A stretch of 63,912 bases of DNA, counting the filler, from Licmophora abbreviata (lineage: Eukaryota), in the NCBI GenBank assembly GCA_900291995.1. It is 11 parts of 11 records of this genome, joined end to end, with 100 filler letters (N's around TTAATTAATTAA, not from the genome) between each part and the next. Parts side by side here need not be neighbours in the genome. Positions count along the whole stretch, not along the records: positions 7,333 to 20,916 come from OLMU01001949.1; positions 21,017 to 22,279 come from OLMU01001951.1; 9 more parts are not named here. One strand, 5' to 3'. Shown here in pieces: positions 11,146 to 21,964 of the stretch (its first letter is position 1; each line of letters opens with the position of its first letter). The notes beneath the pieces were generated by a model, which worked only from the letters and a program-made list of their open reading frames with translations, did no database searches and was not told where the DNA came from. The translations under genes were made by a program, and so were the position numbers.

Positions 11146-12054
11146 ATGATCCGACCTCTGTTTGTCATACGAAGAGTCAGCTTGCTTATTTTATTGCTTA
11201 CTTCGAGGTCATACGGCTCCAGATTCTCCAATGTCACAGACGGCAACAGCATCAGCTCACGACAGCGAGAAGCACATGGTGCTGCTCGTCGTCCCGTGAT
11301 GTTTACGTTTTTTGAACGATTATCTGCTGATCAGAAATTTTCAAGCGTACAGGATGAGGAGGACGATGCCTTGTTGGAGTTTTGGCAACGGCAATGGCAT
11401 GCTGCCGGATGGGAGCCTCGAGTGTTGACGCTCCTCGATGCCGAGCAGCACCCCGAATACACGGCGCTCAAAGCCAAGCTAGATGGTATTCGCATGGACA
11501 GAATGAGTGAAATTTATATTCTGAGGTGGATTGCCATGGCGCAACAAGGAGGAGGGTTCTGGTGCGACTATGACGTCTTTCCCTTGAGGGACTTTCGCGA
11601 GGAAGCCCATCCCTTACCCAATAGGGGAGAAATGACAGTCTTTGGGATTGGTGGAGCGCCCACGTTGGCTTCCGGCGCTGCTAGTGCATGGTTGAGTACA
11701 GCAAAGTTTCTGGTCGAAGATGCTGTGCGGCACCGAAATCCGAATCATGACAAACTCACCTATTGGACTGACACACTTGGTATGTACAATGCGGTACGCA
11801 CGCCCGAACAGACGGTGCATGTCCAGAAGAGCGTTCTTGGGATAAACAAGGCGATGTCAGAAAAGCCACTGACTGCACAAAGATGCAACGAGAAACCCTA
11901 TCGTGGACAACGCGTGGTACATGTGGATTACACGGGCCTCTTGACGGCCGCCATTCGTCCTGAGCTCAGGCTCCCGAAGCATCGTCTCACGGTCGCGAAC
12001 GAGTGGCTTCCCCTATGGAAGGAGAACTGTTATCTAACGAACGCTCAAGAGTGA
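11146..12054 (+). CDS. Putative DxD glycosyltransferase-like protein, tandem copy 3
   Basis: Paralog: QWHAAGWEPRVLTLLDAEQHP, RWIAMAQQGGGFWCDYDVFP, WLPLWKENC; N-terminal signal or anchor. Confidence 0.6.
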   Translation: MIRPLFVIRRVSLLILLLTSRSYGSRFSNVTDGNSISSRQREAHGAARRPVMFTFFERLSADQKFSSVQDEEDDALLEFWQRQWHAAGWEPRVLTLLDAEQHPEYTALKAKLDGIRMDRMSEIYILRWIAMAQQGGGFWCDYDVFPLRDFREEAHPLPNRGEMTVFGIGGAPTLASGAASAWLSTAKFLVEDAVRHRNPNHDKLTYWTDTLGMYNAVRTPEQTVHVQKSVLGINKAMSEKPLTAQRCNEKPYRGQRVVHVDYTGLLTAAIRPELRLPKHRLTVANEWLPLWKENCYLTNAQE

Positions 12055-12269
12055 GAGGTGATGGTAGGAACTTTTAGAAGCTTGTGCAAGACATCTATCA
12101 TATTTAGTTAAGACTTCCGCTGATGGTTTCACGGTGCGTCTCGCGTCTCGCACCTTCTTTGGCTGCTGAATCACGAAAATGACGTATAACTCGTGACTGC
12201 AGGTTCCGCATCTCGTCCTCTCACCGGCAATTTCAAATTGAACATAATCTCTCTCGCAGCGCCTTCACC

Positions 12270-15200
12270 ATGACGGACGCTTCCATCCAGGCATTTGTTG
12301 CGGCACAGCGACGCCTGCTAGACCTAGAGCTGAAGTCGGAAGAGCAGGAGGAACGCTCCATTGCATCTACTGCTCGTGGCTCGAAACAAACTGCCGGGAA
12401 TGACGGCGACGAACGTCCCTCCCACGTCTTACGACGACTCAATGCCGCCGAAGTCAGCGTAGGGCTGTATGGACGAACAGTTGTCACTTTGACGCCGATG
12501 TCGGCGAGCTCGTCAAACTCAGAAACTCTCCTGCTACCGGCCCATCGATTTACAGTGGGCGACGAGGTGGAAATTTACTCCAAGCAGTCGTCGGAGCGGG
12601 AAAACAGGGGTGGTGTCATCAGTGTCGTTTCCGAGACAAGCTTATCCGTTGCTCTCTTCGGGAAACGTAGAGTGTCGAGAAAGAATGAACACGCCCAAAC
12701 GAAGAATGATGACGACGATGAGAGCGATGACGTACTGGGGGCTCCGCCACTGTCACTGCTTCCCAAGAGTTCGGTCGAGGTTCATCGGAAGCTCGTGAGG
12801 GCTCTCGAGGAACTTGAAACGCACGGAGTGGACCACCCGATTGCCGGAAAAGTAGTCCACTCGCTCTTCGGGGATTCCGAGACCTTCCCCGCTTCTATCG
12901 CCTCACCTAGAATCGAACCCATGAGTAATCTGGACGACAGCCAGCTGGAGGCCGTCTCATTTGCTCTGGACAGTAGGAGACCAATTTCATTGATACATGG
13001 CCCTCCAGGTACTGGTAAGACTTTTTCGGTGGCAGAGCTCATTCACCAGGCGGTCTATGTACAAAAGCTGAAGGTGCTTGTGACCGCCCCCAGTAATGTA
13101 GCTGTTGACAATCTACTGGAACGACTGGTGCAGTCAGCCAGTGGTAGCTTGTCCAAACGAAGTAAGCGGAAAAGACAGACTCGTGGGAGACTGAAGGCGG
13201 TCCGTTTGGGTCATCCGGCACGTATCAAACCGTCCATTCTTCCATACAGTCTAGAATCGCTGGTTCAGAATGCCGAGGGAACGGAGATTGTGGCGGATGT
13301 CAGACGTGAACTGGAGGGCTTCCTTCGTGTCCTTTCGAATCCAAAGAGTCGTGGAGCTGACAAGCGAGTGGCACATCGGGAAGTCAAAGCGTTGAGAAAA
13401 GAAGTGAGGAGTAGAGAAGAAAAGATTGTTAAGGATCTTGTGGCCCGAGCGCAGATCGTCCTGACTACCAACGTCGGTGCCGCCAACCGTATTCTTGACA
13501 AAGTAGAGGGTGGGTTTGATCTCGTTGTTATTGACGAAGCAGCTCAGGCCCTTGAGGCGTCATGCTGGATACCTATGCTGCGCGGAAAGCGGGTTGTTCT
13601 GGCCGGCGATCACTGTCAGCTTCCACCCACTATCAAGAATAAGGCCTCTGAAGTACAGAAAGGCTTGAGCAAGACATTGTTCGAACGTACAATGGAGCTG
13701 CATGGCGACAATGATTCTACTTCGCGGGGAAAGGTGTCTCGCATGCTTAACGTTCAGTACCGAATGCATGAGGATATCGCGAACTGGGCTAGCAGAGCCA
13801 TGTACCACGGAGGTCTAAGGACATTTGAAGGGGTCAGAGATCACAAGCTCGCAGGGCTCAGTGACATTTCTGAATCGGCGAATATAGCGGATGGGATCAA
13901 GGACATGACAATGTTGCTCATTGACACGACGGGCTGTGGTATGCACGAGACCCTGAACAATGCTGGATCTCGGTACAACGAGGGTGAGGCAGATATTGTC
14001 GCTCAACATGTTCGTTCTCTCATAGAGCTCGGTTTAAAACCCGAAGACATAGCTGTCATATCCCCGTACAATGGACAGGTCGAGATCTTGCGTGGTATGC
14101 TGCTCAAGGATATTCCAAAATTGGAAATCAAGAGCGTCGATGGCTTTCAAGGAGGAGAACGCGAAGCCGTGGTAATAAGCTTGGTGCGCAGCAGTGATCG
14201 AGGAGGCGCTGCAGGCATTGGGTTCCTCAAAGATAACCGACGGCTGAATGTGGCGGTCACCCGCGCAAGACGACAGTGCGTTCTCATCTGTGACTGTGAA
14301 ACCGTGTCCCAGAGCGCTTTCATTCAGGGACTCATCACATGGATGGAAGAACACGGCGAAATCCGCTCAGCCGTGGAATATTTTGCGAATGAGAGTAGCA
14401 TAGAAAGAGATGTCATTGACGCTGAAGCAGAACTACTGAACATGATGGAATCGACAGAAATACGGACAGATACGGACCAAGGAAGCAGATTGGCACGCCC
14501 AGACATCAAGTTGAAGGTTCCGAATGCCGATCAGCTTTCCGATCGTGCAGAAGAAACGTCCCGAAGTGACAGGGTCTCCGGAGAGGAAGAAGCCAGGCGA
14601 CAGGCGCTTCTGGACAAGATATCTGATTTCATGGAAAATGGGGGTAAGGGTGATGAGATGAGCTTAAGTCCTGAATTGTCGAGATTCGACCGTCGCGTGG
14701 TCCATGAGTTTGCGACTCAACTCGGACTAGGGCATCGAAGTGAAGGAGTCGACGGTGTTGACCGTCGAATAATTTTAACAATCGAAAATGGGCTGGGAGC
14801 CAACGCGAAACCTACATCTCCCGACACTGTCGCTGAAGGAAAAGAAGAGGACAGAGAGAAGCAAGAATTCAATCTCCGCCCGTCGTTATTCGCTGCTCTC
14901 GATGAGAGTAGCGATGAACTCGTGGCGAGCGACGAAGAAAATCCACCTACTCCAGAGGACAGGCCGATTGCGAACCAGCTCCTGGCTAGTCTCGCTAAAG
15001 AGAGACGAGACAGACAAGGGGGTCATCAGAAGACTTCGCTGGTGAAGACGGAACACAAGAAAAAGAAGAAGACAAAGAAAAGACAAGGTCAGACTTTAGG
15101 CGGTGGCAACAAGCCCAGCTCGATACCGGCAAACTCGTTAGATGAGCTGGACGATATGGCGTTCCTGGATGCACAGATCCACCAAGTTCAGAACTCACAC

Positions 15201-15368
15201 GGTCGAAAGGTGGAAGGTAAGGGAGAGTATCGTTCCATTGCCAACGGCATCCTAATCGGGAAGCCTCCTCCGAGAACTGACACGAAGAATGCAAAGTCTG
15301 CGTCGGCGCTCAATGCCAAGCTGAAACAAGCCCAAGAGGGTAGAAAGAAGAAAGTGGGCAAGAAGTAG
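12270..15368 (+). CDS. IGHMBP2: SF1 Upf1-like helicase IGHMBP2/SMUBP-2 with R3H domain
   Basis: N-terminal LL.LE...E and GLYGRTVV; HGPPGTGKT, APSNVAVDNL, RLGHPAR, IDEAAQALE, GDHCQLPP, QYRMH, VDGFQGGERE, RRLNVAVTRAR; R3H motif DRRVVHEFA..LGLGHRSEG. Confidence 0.92.
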   Translation: MTDASIQAFVAAQRRLLDLELKSEEQEERSIASTARGSKQTAGNDGDERPSHVLRRLNAAEVSVGLYGRTVVTLTPMSASSSNSETLLLPAHRFTVGDEVEIYSKQSSERENRGGVISVVSETSLSVALFGKRRVSRKNEHAQTKNDDDDESDDVLGAPPLSLLPKSSVEVHRKLVRALEELETHGVDHPIAGKVVHSLFGDSETFPASIASPRIEPMSNLDDSQLEAVSFALDSRRPISLIHGPPGTGKTFSVAELIHQAVYVQKLKVLVTAPSNVAVDNLLERLVQSASGSLSKRSKRKRQTRGRLKAVRLGHPARIKPSILPYSLESLVQNAEGTEIVADVRRELEGFLRVLSNPKSRGADKRVAHREVKALRKEVRSREEKIVKDLVARAQIVLTTNVGAANRILDKVEGGFDLVVIDEAAQALEASCWIPMLRGKRVVLAGDHCQLPPTIKNKASEVQKGLSKTLFERTMELHGDNDSTSRGKVSRMLNVQYRMHEDIANWASRAMYHGGLRTFEGVRDHKLAGLSDISESANIADGIKDMTMLLIDTTGCGMHETLNNAGSRYNEGEADIVAQHVRSLIELGLKPEDIAVISPYNGQVEILRGMLLKDIPKLEIKSVDGFQGGEREAVVISLVRSSDRGGAAGIGFLKDNRRLNVAVTRARRQCVLICDCETVSQSAFIQGLITWMEEHGEIRSAVEYFANESSIERDVIDAEAELLNMMESTEIRTDTDQGSRLARPDIKLKVPNADQLSDRAEETSRSDRVSGEEEARRQALLDKISDFMENGGKGDEMSLSPELSRFDRRVVHEFATQLGLGHRSEGVDGVDRRIILTIENGLGANAKPTSPDTVAEGKEEDREKQEFNLRPSLFAALDESSDELVASDEENPPTPEDRPIANQLLASLAKERRDRQGGHQKTSLVKTEHKKKKKTKKRQGQTLGGGNKPSSIPANSLDELDDMAFLDAQIHQVQNSHGRKVEGKGEYRSIANGILIGKPPPRTDTKNAKSASALNAKLKQAQEGRKKKVGKK

Positions 15369-15527
15369 ATTGCACTGTATACTAGTAGAACTGCGGTTGG
15401 TATCTTATTATGTATTGGTTGCAGATCTACTGGAAAGCATATACACTGATTTTGTTCTTGTGCGACCAAGCTCGTTCTGCAAAGACACAGAGTTGTCGCT
15501 GCTGCATGGCGCGTCACAAAACTACCC

Positions 15528-17492
15528 CTAGTCCACACGGCAATGGCCATCCCAGCAGGACGGTCCAGCGGCGGGCACAATCCGAATGAGGTTAGCTGCG
15601 CCTGGGGTGCCAAAAGGAAGACCAGCAGTGACTACCAACAAATCATTAGGATCAGACACGAGGCCTTTCTTCAGGGCTGCACGGCAAGCATTTCGAAGAA
15701 CAAGGTCCAGGTCGTCCGACGCCTTCTCCACAATAGCGCTATCATAATCAAACATGTCTTCTTCGCTCACAGTGTAACCATATGATCCCGCCTTGGGAAG
15801 GTCAGGGTAGACTCCCCACGACAGCACAAGCTGACGAGCCGTTTCCTTGAAGGGACAGAGGGCCATGATAGGAACATTCGGTCTCTTCATGGACGCACGG
15901 CTGACAGTACTACCACGAAGGGAAAAACACACGATTGCCTTGGCTTTGATAGTGGAGCTAATCTGACGAGCGGCAACAATCATGGCATCCGTGGGCGTGT
16001 TATCTGGCTCGGGTGCAACGGCATTCAAAATTCCACGGTAGTGCGAGTCACCCTCCACGCGGTTGATGATGCGTTGCTGCATAGCCACGGATTCTTCGGG
16101 GAACTATGAGCATGAGATACAAGCGTTCAAAAGAGACAGTGAGAAACTCAATCACATTTCACGCTCACCCAGTAAACCTAAAAGAACTTACGCTTCCAGC
16201 AGCACTCTCAGCACTAAGCATGATAGCATCGGCACCATCGTAAATTGCTGTGGCAACATCACTCGCCTCGGCACGCGTCGGGGTTGGCGACTCAATCATA
16301 CTTTCCAGCATCTGCGTGGCGACCACGACGGGCTTACCCTGCTTGCGGCATTCATCGATAATGGTCTTTTGCAGAATCGGTACGTCCTCGGGGGCGCACT
16401 CGACCCCCAAGTCTCCACGGGCAACCATGATTCCATTGCACAAGTCGACAATGCGCTCGAGGTTGTCATCAAGAAAGCAAGAGGGCTTTTCAATCTTGGC
16501 CATGACAGCAGGCTTGAACTGGCCTTCTGGGAGATTTGCATCAATGAGCTGATGGATCTCTTCAATATCTTGAGGACGCTGGACAAAAGAGAGAGCAACC
16601 CAGTCGACGCCTATCTGCAGCATGTATTCCAAGTCGGAGCGATCTTTGGGAGTCAGGGGACTGATTTCAAGGACAGAGTCAGGCGTGTTGACTCCCTTGC
16701 GGTTGGAGATCTTGCCACCAACATCGACGCGGCAGTCGAGGTACCTGTCTCCCTTGCTAGTAACCGTCATCTTGACTTTTCCATCGTCGACCATGAGAAC
16801 ATGTCCAATTTCCGAGGCGGCAATGATCTCGGGGTGGGGGAGCATGACACGATTCCTGTCGCCCTTGGCTTCGTCCAGATCGAATCGGAAGGTCTGACCA
16901 GTCTCGAGGACTTCCCCAGTTTCCGAAGAGAACTCTCCTACCTGCGCAACCATGAGTGTTGGAAAAGAAGGAAATCTATAGTGAGAATTTGCAACAACGA
17001 CGTCACATGAGTGTCGCACCAATTTTCAAAACTTACACGAAGTTTGGGTCCCTGTAGATCACCGAGGACACCGATAGGATGGGAGTACTTCTCCTCGATT
17101 TCCCTGATCATGGCCAAGAGCTCCTTCTTTTGCTCCTGAGATCCATGACTAAAGTTCAGACGGAACACGTCGGCTCCGGCCAAGAAGAGTTTCTCGATCA
17201 TCTCCTTATTGGAGGAAGCGGGTCCAAGAGTGATAACCTGCTTGGTGGACTTGCGCCAGCGCTGAGCGACCTTGGGGACAGCAGCCACAGTCGTTTCCTC
17301 GGCGCTAGGAACGAATGTCATGCCGTATTTGGCGCCATTGGTGACGGTTCCGTTCGCCACCGAGGAGTAGAGAGCCGTTGTCTGCTTGTTCTTGGCCCCG
17401 AGGAAGAAGGACGGTCTAGTGACAGAGGCAGGCACAAAGGCCTTCACCGTGGCTGCTGCAGATGCAGCGATGACGATGGACGAGAGCTTCAT
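15528..17492 (-). CDS. PK: Pyruvate kinase, plastid-targeted, 3 exons (17492-17037, 16941-16192, 16103-15528)
   Basis: [64 protein letters not shown] introns at 16942-17036 and 16104-16191 restore the frame; signal peptide ending VKA-FVP followed by a transit-like peptide. Confidence 0.95.
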
Positions 17493-17889
17493 CTTCTTTG
17501 GGTGAACTTAACAACCTTACTTGCTTTCTCCGAAAAAGATAAACCTGGTGTGCCTCGGTAGCATCACACAGGAAGCTCACACGTTTGATTGACGTCGATC
17601 TCTCCCGAACCCCACCAGCCAGCCAATCAAAGTTCGTGTGGAGATGGATTCGAAGCAGTGAAGTGACGTGTGTCCGAAATTTATCGACTGGCGGACGGAC
17701 GTTTTGACGGTTGTTTGACAACTCCGCGCGAAACGAACGCGCAACAACTTGAGTGGAGTCTGGCCGCCCGGCGTTCCCGATCATCCTCATCACAGCCGTT
17801 CATTTGCGGACAGAACAAATTCCTCGCCTTTCAAGTTTACATCTTTGCTGTCATCGTTCGCTGCGTCGCTGCTTGTTTGTTCACCCACC

Positions 17890-18423
17890 ATGAGAGTCGA
17901 AAAGTGTTACTTTTGCTCTTCCCCGTGCTATCCCGGCCACGGCCTGATGTTCGTCCGCAACGATTCCAAGCAGTTTCGTTTTTGTCGCTCGAAATGTCAT
18001 CGCAATTTCAACAAGAAACGAAATCCCCGCAAGGTCGCGTGGACCAAGGCCTATCGCAAGACTCGCGGCAAGGAAATGGCGGTCGACACTACTTTTGAAT
18101 TCGAGAAACGACGAAACCGACCCGTCAAATACGACAGAAACCTCATGGGCAAGACCATTCTGGCCATGCACAAGGTACAGGCCATTCAAGAGAAACGAGA
18201 AGAACGATTTTTTGCCGAACGAATGAAGGATGCCAAGGCGGAAAAGAAGCAGCAGGCGCGGGTGGAGATCGAAAAGAGTATCGAACTCTTGGCGCCGGCG
18301 GTGGCACAACGAGAAGAGGTCATGCGGAATGTGGTGGACAGCGCGCGTGCAAGAATCGCATCGAGGAAGAAGGCATCGGCTCAAAAAGTTGCCGTCGCTT
18401 CATTGGATCAAATGGAAGAGTAG
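17890..18423 (+). CDS. RLP24: Ribosome biogenesis protein RLP24 (L24e family)
   Basis: [67 protein letters not shown]. Confidence 0.95.
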   Translation: MRVEKCYFCSSPCYPGHGLMFVRNDSKQFRFCRSKCHRNFNKKRNPRKVAWTKAYRKTRGKEMAVDTTFEFEKRRNRPVKYDRNLMGKTILAMHKVQAIQEKREERFFAERMKDAKAEKKQQARVEIEKSIELLAPAVAQREEVMRNVVDSARARIASRKKASAQKVAVASLDQMEE

Positions 18424-18529
18424 AAGCGCCATCAATGCTGTGCATGTATTTCATTTTCAGACTTTTGGTTAAGAGTGAAATAGTTGTACTCCATGTATTG
18501 CGTTATTCTAGTATAGTTTAGAGTCTCGC

Positions 18530-20146
18530 TCACGCAGCTTCGTCACTAACATACGGATGCCCCTTGGCCCGTTCGGTCCAGTCGTCCATAATGCTGGTAA
18601 AACAGGCACCACACATTGTGGCCAATGTATCGTTCAGAGGTAAAAGGGGTGACAGCTCTTGATACAATATGAGCTTGCTTATCATGTGAAGCGCGGCCTG
18701 GGGACGAAATTGGGGCACCATATGACCAGAGCCATGCACTGTGAGGAACGCCAAGTTGTTTTCATAGTTGACGACTTCTCCGCCGAACTGTGCTCCCGTC
18801 GCTTGCAACAACAGATCTGGACCAAACATGACAGGCTTCTCAAGCAATACTTGGACGCTTGTGGCTGTGTGATTGTAGAACCATGGCCGGTACGAGCCGC
18901 CGTCAACTTCCTTGAACCCGACTCGCTTTATGGCGGTTCGAGTGCCTTCAAAGGAAACGCATGGGTCGGTATCGCCGTTGTAGACCCAAGTAGCCGCAAG
19001 ACGCGGAGCAATCTTGCGATAAAAGGCAATCATCGATAAGGCGCCTTCCTCAACTTCGTCGTTGCACGCATCGTACTCCTTTGTATAGTCAAATCCAGTT
19101 TTGGGATATGGCCAAGTCTCAATGGGCGTTTCTTCGACGTGAAGAGCCGCCTTAACATCAGGTCGGTTCATGTATTCCGCCATGGCTTCATCTTCAGCAT
19201 TTGTAACCGGTGCAAATAGCGAGTAGTCATCAATGAACAGGTCTCGCCAACCCTGGGACAGGGCTCGACTCGTGCTCATCAAGAATTTACGAAAGGCGAG
19301 GCGGCATTCAGGTGTGACCTTGGCTCCTACTGGATAGTCCTTCAGTGAGGATGTGTCTCCCTCGCGATGATGAAGATTCCTCATCAAATAGTTGGGGAGG
19401 CGCACCTCGCACTGGTTCCAGAGTTTGTCAAATACGGCATCGTCCACCAAGCCGTACTTGTGGCCATACCACAAGCTATCCATACTGTCTCGCTGGGCAT
19501 CATTATCGGTACATGGGTCCCCTACCGCCAAACCTTTGAGATTAATGGTATCGACAGTCTGTGTAAGGATTTCATAGGCCAAAGTAGGAATGTAGACGCC
19601 AGCATAGCTTTCCCCAGTGATAAAGAAGTCGTTCGCGGCGAGCTCGGGAAATTTGGTTGTGAAAAAGTCCACCAAGGCAGCACGAGACGCCGACGCAGTA
19701 AACTTGTCGGTGTTTCGGCAGTATCCTCCATTGGCCTGAGCAGCGCAGTACGAGTAGCCGACCCCGACTGGACTTTCAATGGCAATCAGGTTCGCTACCT
19801 TGGTCCACGCATACGGGTTTTCCATAAGACCAGTTGTGGCATTCATCAGGAGTGGACCATTCTCCTGCAAAAATCCAAGAAGGCTGCTGCTTCCTGGACC
19901 TCCGTTCAACCACAAGACGACCGGCTTCTTGGTGTAATCACCCTCAGCGGCTGCGAACCAGTAGTGAATTTTACAAAAGGCGCCGTTGGTGGTCGTGTCG
20001 CAGCCATCGGTCGCGTCGAGGTAGCCAGACCACTGCGGCGTCGGAGGAGGTCCATAAAGGGGCAGATTCTCCACTCTATCTTCCACCGGGGCACATGCAG
20101 CGAGGCAGAGAAGAGACAAGAATACTAGAAGGAGCGGCATGGTCAT
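18530..20146 (-). CDS. Serine carboxypeptidase (S10 family), secreted or vacuolar
   Basis: Signal peptide; WLNGGPGSSS, ESPVGVGYSY, GESYAG (catalytic Ser), NGDTD (Asp), GSGHMVP (His). Confidence 0.93.
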   Translation of the reverse strand: MTMPLLLVFLSLLCLAACAPVEDRVENLPLYGPPPTPQWSGYLDATDGCDTTTNGAFCKIHYWFAAAEGDYTKKPVVLWLNGGPGSSSLLGFLQENGPLLMNATTGLMENPYAWTKVANLIAIESPVGVGYSYCAAQANGGYCRNTDKFTASASRAALVDFFTTKFPELAANDFFITGESYAGVYIPTLAYEILTQTVDTINLKGLAVGDPCTDNDAQRDSMDSLWYGHKYGLVDDAVFDKLWNQCEVRLPNYLMRNLHHREGDTSSLKDYPVGAKVTPECRLAFRKFLMSTSRALSQGWRDLFIDDYSLFAPVTNAEDEAMAEYMNRPDVKAALHVEETPIETWPYPKTGFDYTKEYDACNDEVEEGALSMIAFYRKIAPRLAATWVYNGDTDPCVSFEGTRTAIKRVGFKEVDGGSYRPWFYNHTATSVQVLLEKPVMFGPDLLLQATGAQFGGEVVNYENNLAFLTVHGSGHMVPQFRPQAALHMISKLILYQELSPLLPLNDTLATMCGACFTSIMDDWTERAKGHPYVSDEAA

Positions 20147-20591
20147 GATGTATCTATGATGTGTGGTATCGGATCTTTGTTCCGACGCGATTGGCAATTG
20201 TCAGTTGAAATTGTTGTGATGAGCATGACATCGCGAGAGGCGAAAGGGCCGCGCGGTGACGGCGCGAAAACTGCAAACTAAAAGGCCTAAGGCTCGCTAG
20301 GCTTCAGGGAACGTTGACGGAATAGGAGACGGAAGGTATGATAGCACATTTGTCGTCCCGCATACTTGCAGGAGTGGTCATTTCTTACTAAGGCCACCTA
20401 TTTGTGAAGGCAAAACGAACAAGTCTTTCAAACAAAGATGCCGACCTACCCGCATGAATCAAAACTTGGTTAAAAAGTCTACTAGTCTACAAAAAGAAAA
20501 ACTCGTTGTCCTCAAGCGCGACACCACCGATACGCGGAGTGCGAGTCAATTGAACAACCCATTCCTCGTCCGGTTCCACTGCAGTGCATCC

Positions 20592-21084
20592 CTAGCCCAT
20601 GTGCTCTGGTTCCTTCTTGAAAAATACCAATTTGTCTTTATTTTTCTGTTGCTCCTGCACCGGCCTCGTCGATGGTGGTTTCAAAGCCGAGAACATCTGC
20701 CTCCTGTCGATCTTCTCTTCCGTAACACGGTTTCCTCTTTCTTCTTTCTCGTCGCATGTAGAGTCATTTTCCGCGTCGTCGTCGTCCGATACAGAAGCTT
20801 GGGTGAGATTTCGGAAGGACAAGAATGACTTCCTTACTTCGAGAAGAATCGATTCCTTTGTAGCGTCAATGCAGCCGTGCAGGTCGTGATCAGTGCCCCT
20901 CCCACTTTCTTCATCANNNNNNNNNNNNNNNNNNNNNNNNNNNNNNNNNNNNNNNNNNNNTTAATTAATTAANNNNNNNNNNNNNNNNNNNNNNNNNNNN
21001 NNNNNNNNNNNNNNNNTCTGCTGCCCCGGCCACGACGCTCTGGAAGATCGGACAGCTCTCTAAAAATTCGCAGTCAGCACTCAT
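20592..21084 (-). CDS. Small acidic hypothetical protein, tandem paralog A, middle hidden by gap 20917-21016
   Basis: N-terminus MSADCEFLESCPIFQS from ATG 21084; C-terminus LHGCIDATKESILLEVRK..DRRQMFSALK..KDKLVFFKKEPEHMG*. Confidence 0.65.
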
Positions 21085-21249
21085 AGTGGGAATTTAATAA
21101 GTGATTCTCTTGGTTGGGAGCCATTCGACAGTCATCAGTAACGCAGCGTTTCAGCTCACTCTCTATAATGAAAGGGCAACTTGAAGAATGAATCAATTTG
21201 AAATGAGTGTTTAACAGTTAAGGTGAATTCTGATATGAGTAATACAAGA

Positions 21250-21458
21250 AACGAGGTCCTTTGGGTGAGATCCAAGGAGCCAATCGTACGTCGGGGAAGG
21301 CGACTGTGTCTACGTCCCCATTAGCACATTAGGGGTGACGTTACGGGAATGTTCAAGGGGGGAGTCGTCCCTGGTCTGCGGACTGGTGATCACCTTTGAA
21401 TAGGACGTGACCTATCCCTCGTTCGGTATATCTACCAAAAACCAACCAACCAACCAAC
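21250..21458 (+). repeat. Candidate short interspersed element or non-LTR retroelement 3' end with (ACCA)n tail
   Basis: Non-coding segment with several complementary blocks, ending ACCAAAAACCAACCAACCAACCAAC (21434-21458); no target-site duplication seen. Confidence 0.35.
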
Positions 21459-21964
21459 GGTACGAATATTTATACAATGCTAGTTCCAGTCCTGCCGGCT
21501 GAAACGAGCTTCTGAGGTCGATGAAAGACTCGAGGTACATCAGTACTTGGTAGACTGCCTGTACTAGCAAGGCCGATCCACTTCATCTACAGTACTACGG
21601 ATTCGCTACAGTATATGAACCCTGAACCGGTGATCCACTGGAGTTCCTTTGGAATGTGCCACACTTGACCCAATGCTTCCTTTAAAACTACAACATACGA
21701 TGGGACGAGATCTGTTCCTCCTTTCGTACCGGTGCCGGTAACCCTCGGCGATGTAACGAACTTCACGAAAGCAAGGGCAACCCCCCTTCTCTGACTTGCT
21801 TTCGCGTCAAAACAAGCTTACGCCAGAGTTTTTGTATCTAGTTCTCCCGATGAGCGCAACGCATCACAATAAGTAGAATAAATCTCAGCTCTTATAGCCT
21901 GCTCAGAGCTTCAGCTCAGACAGATTCTTGATAGCTAGCGCTTGCCCGTAGAAACTCGTAATCT

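Noticed and set aside
16063..17010. Long antisense ORFs (16063..17010, also 174..935, 19367..20128, 35005..35652, 57543..58214)
   Set aside because: They lie opposite well-supported genes, show no motifs, and are the expected shadow ORFs of coding sequence
21120..21160. Hammerhead ribozyme (CTGATGA on the minus strand at 21132-21138)
   Set aside because: No stem II followed by GAAA, and the flanking helices are absent
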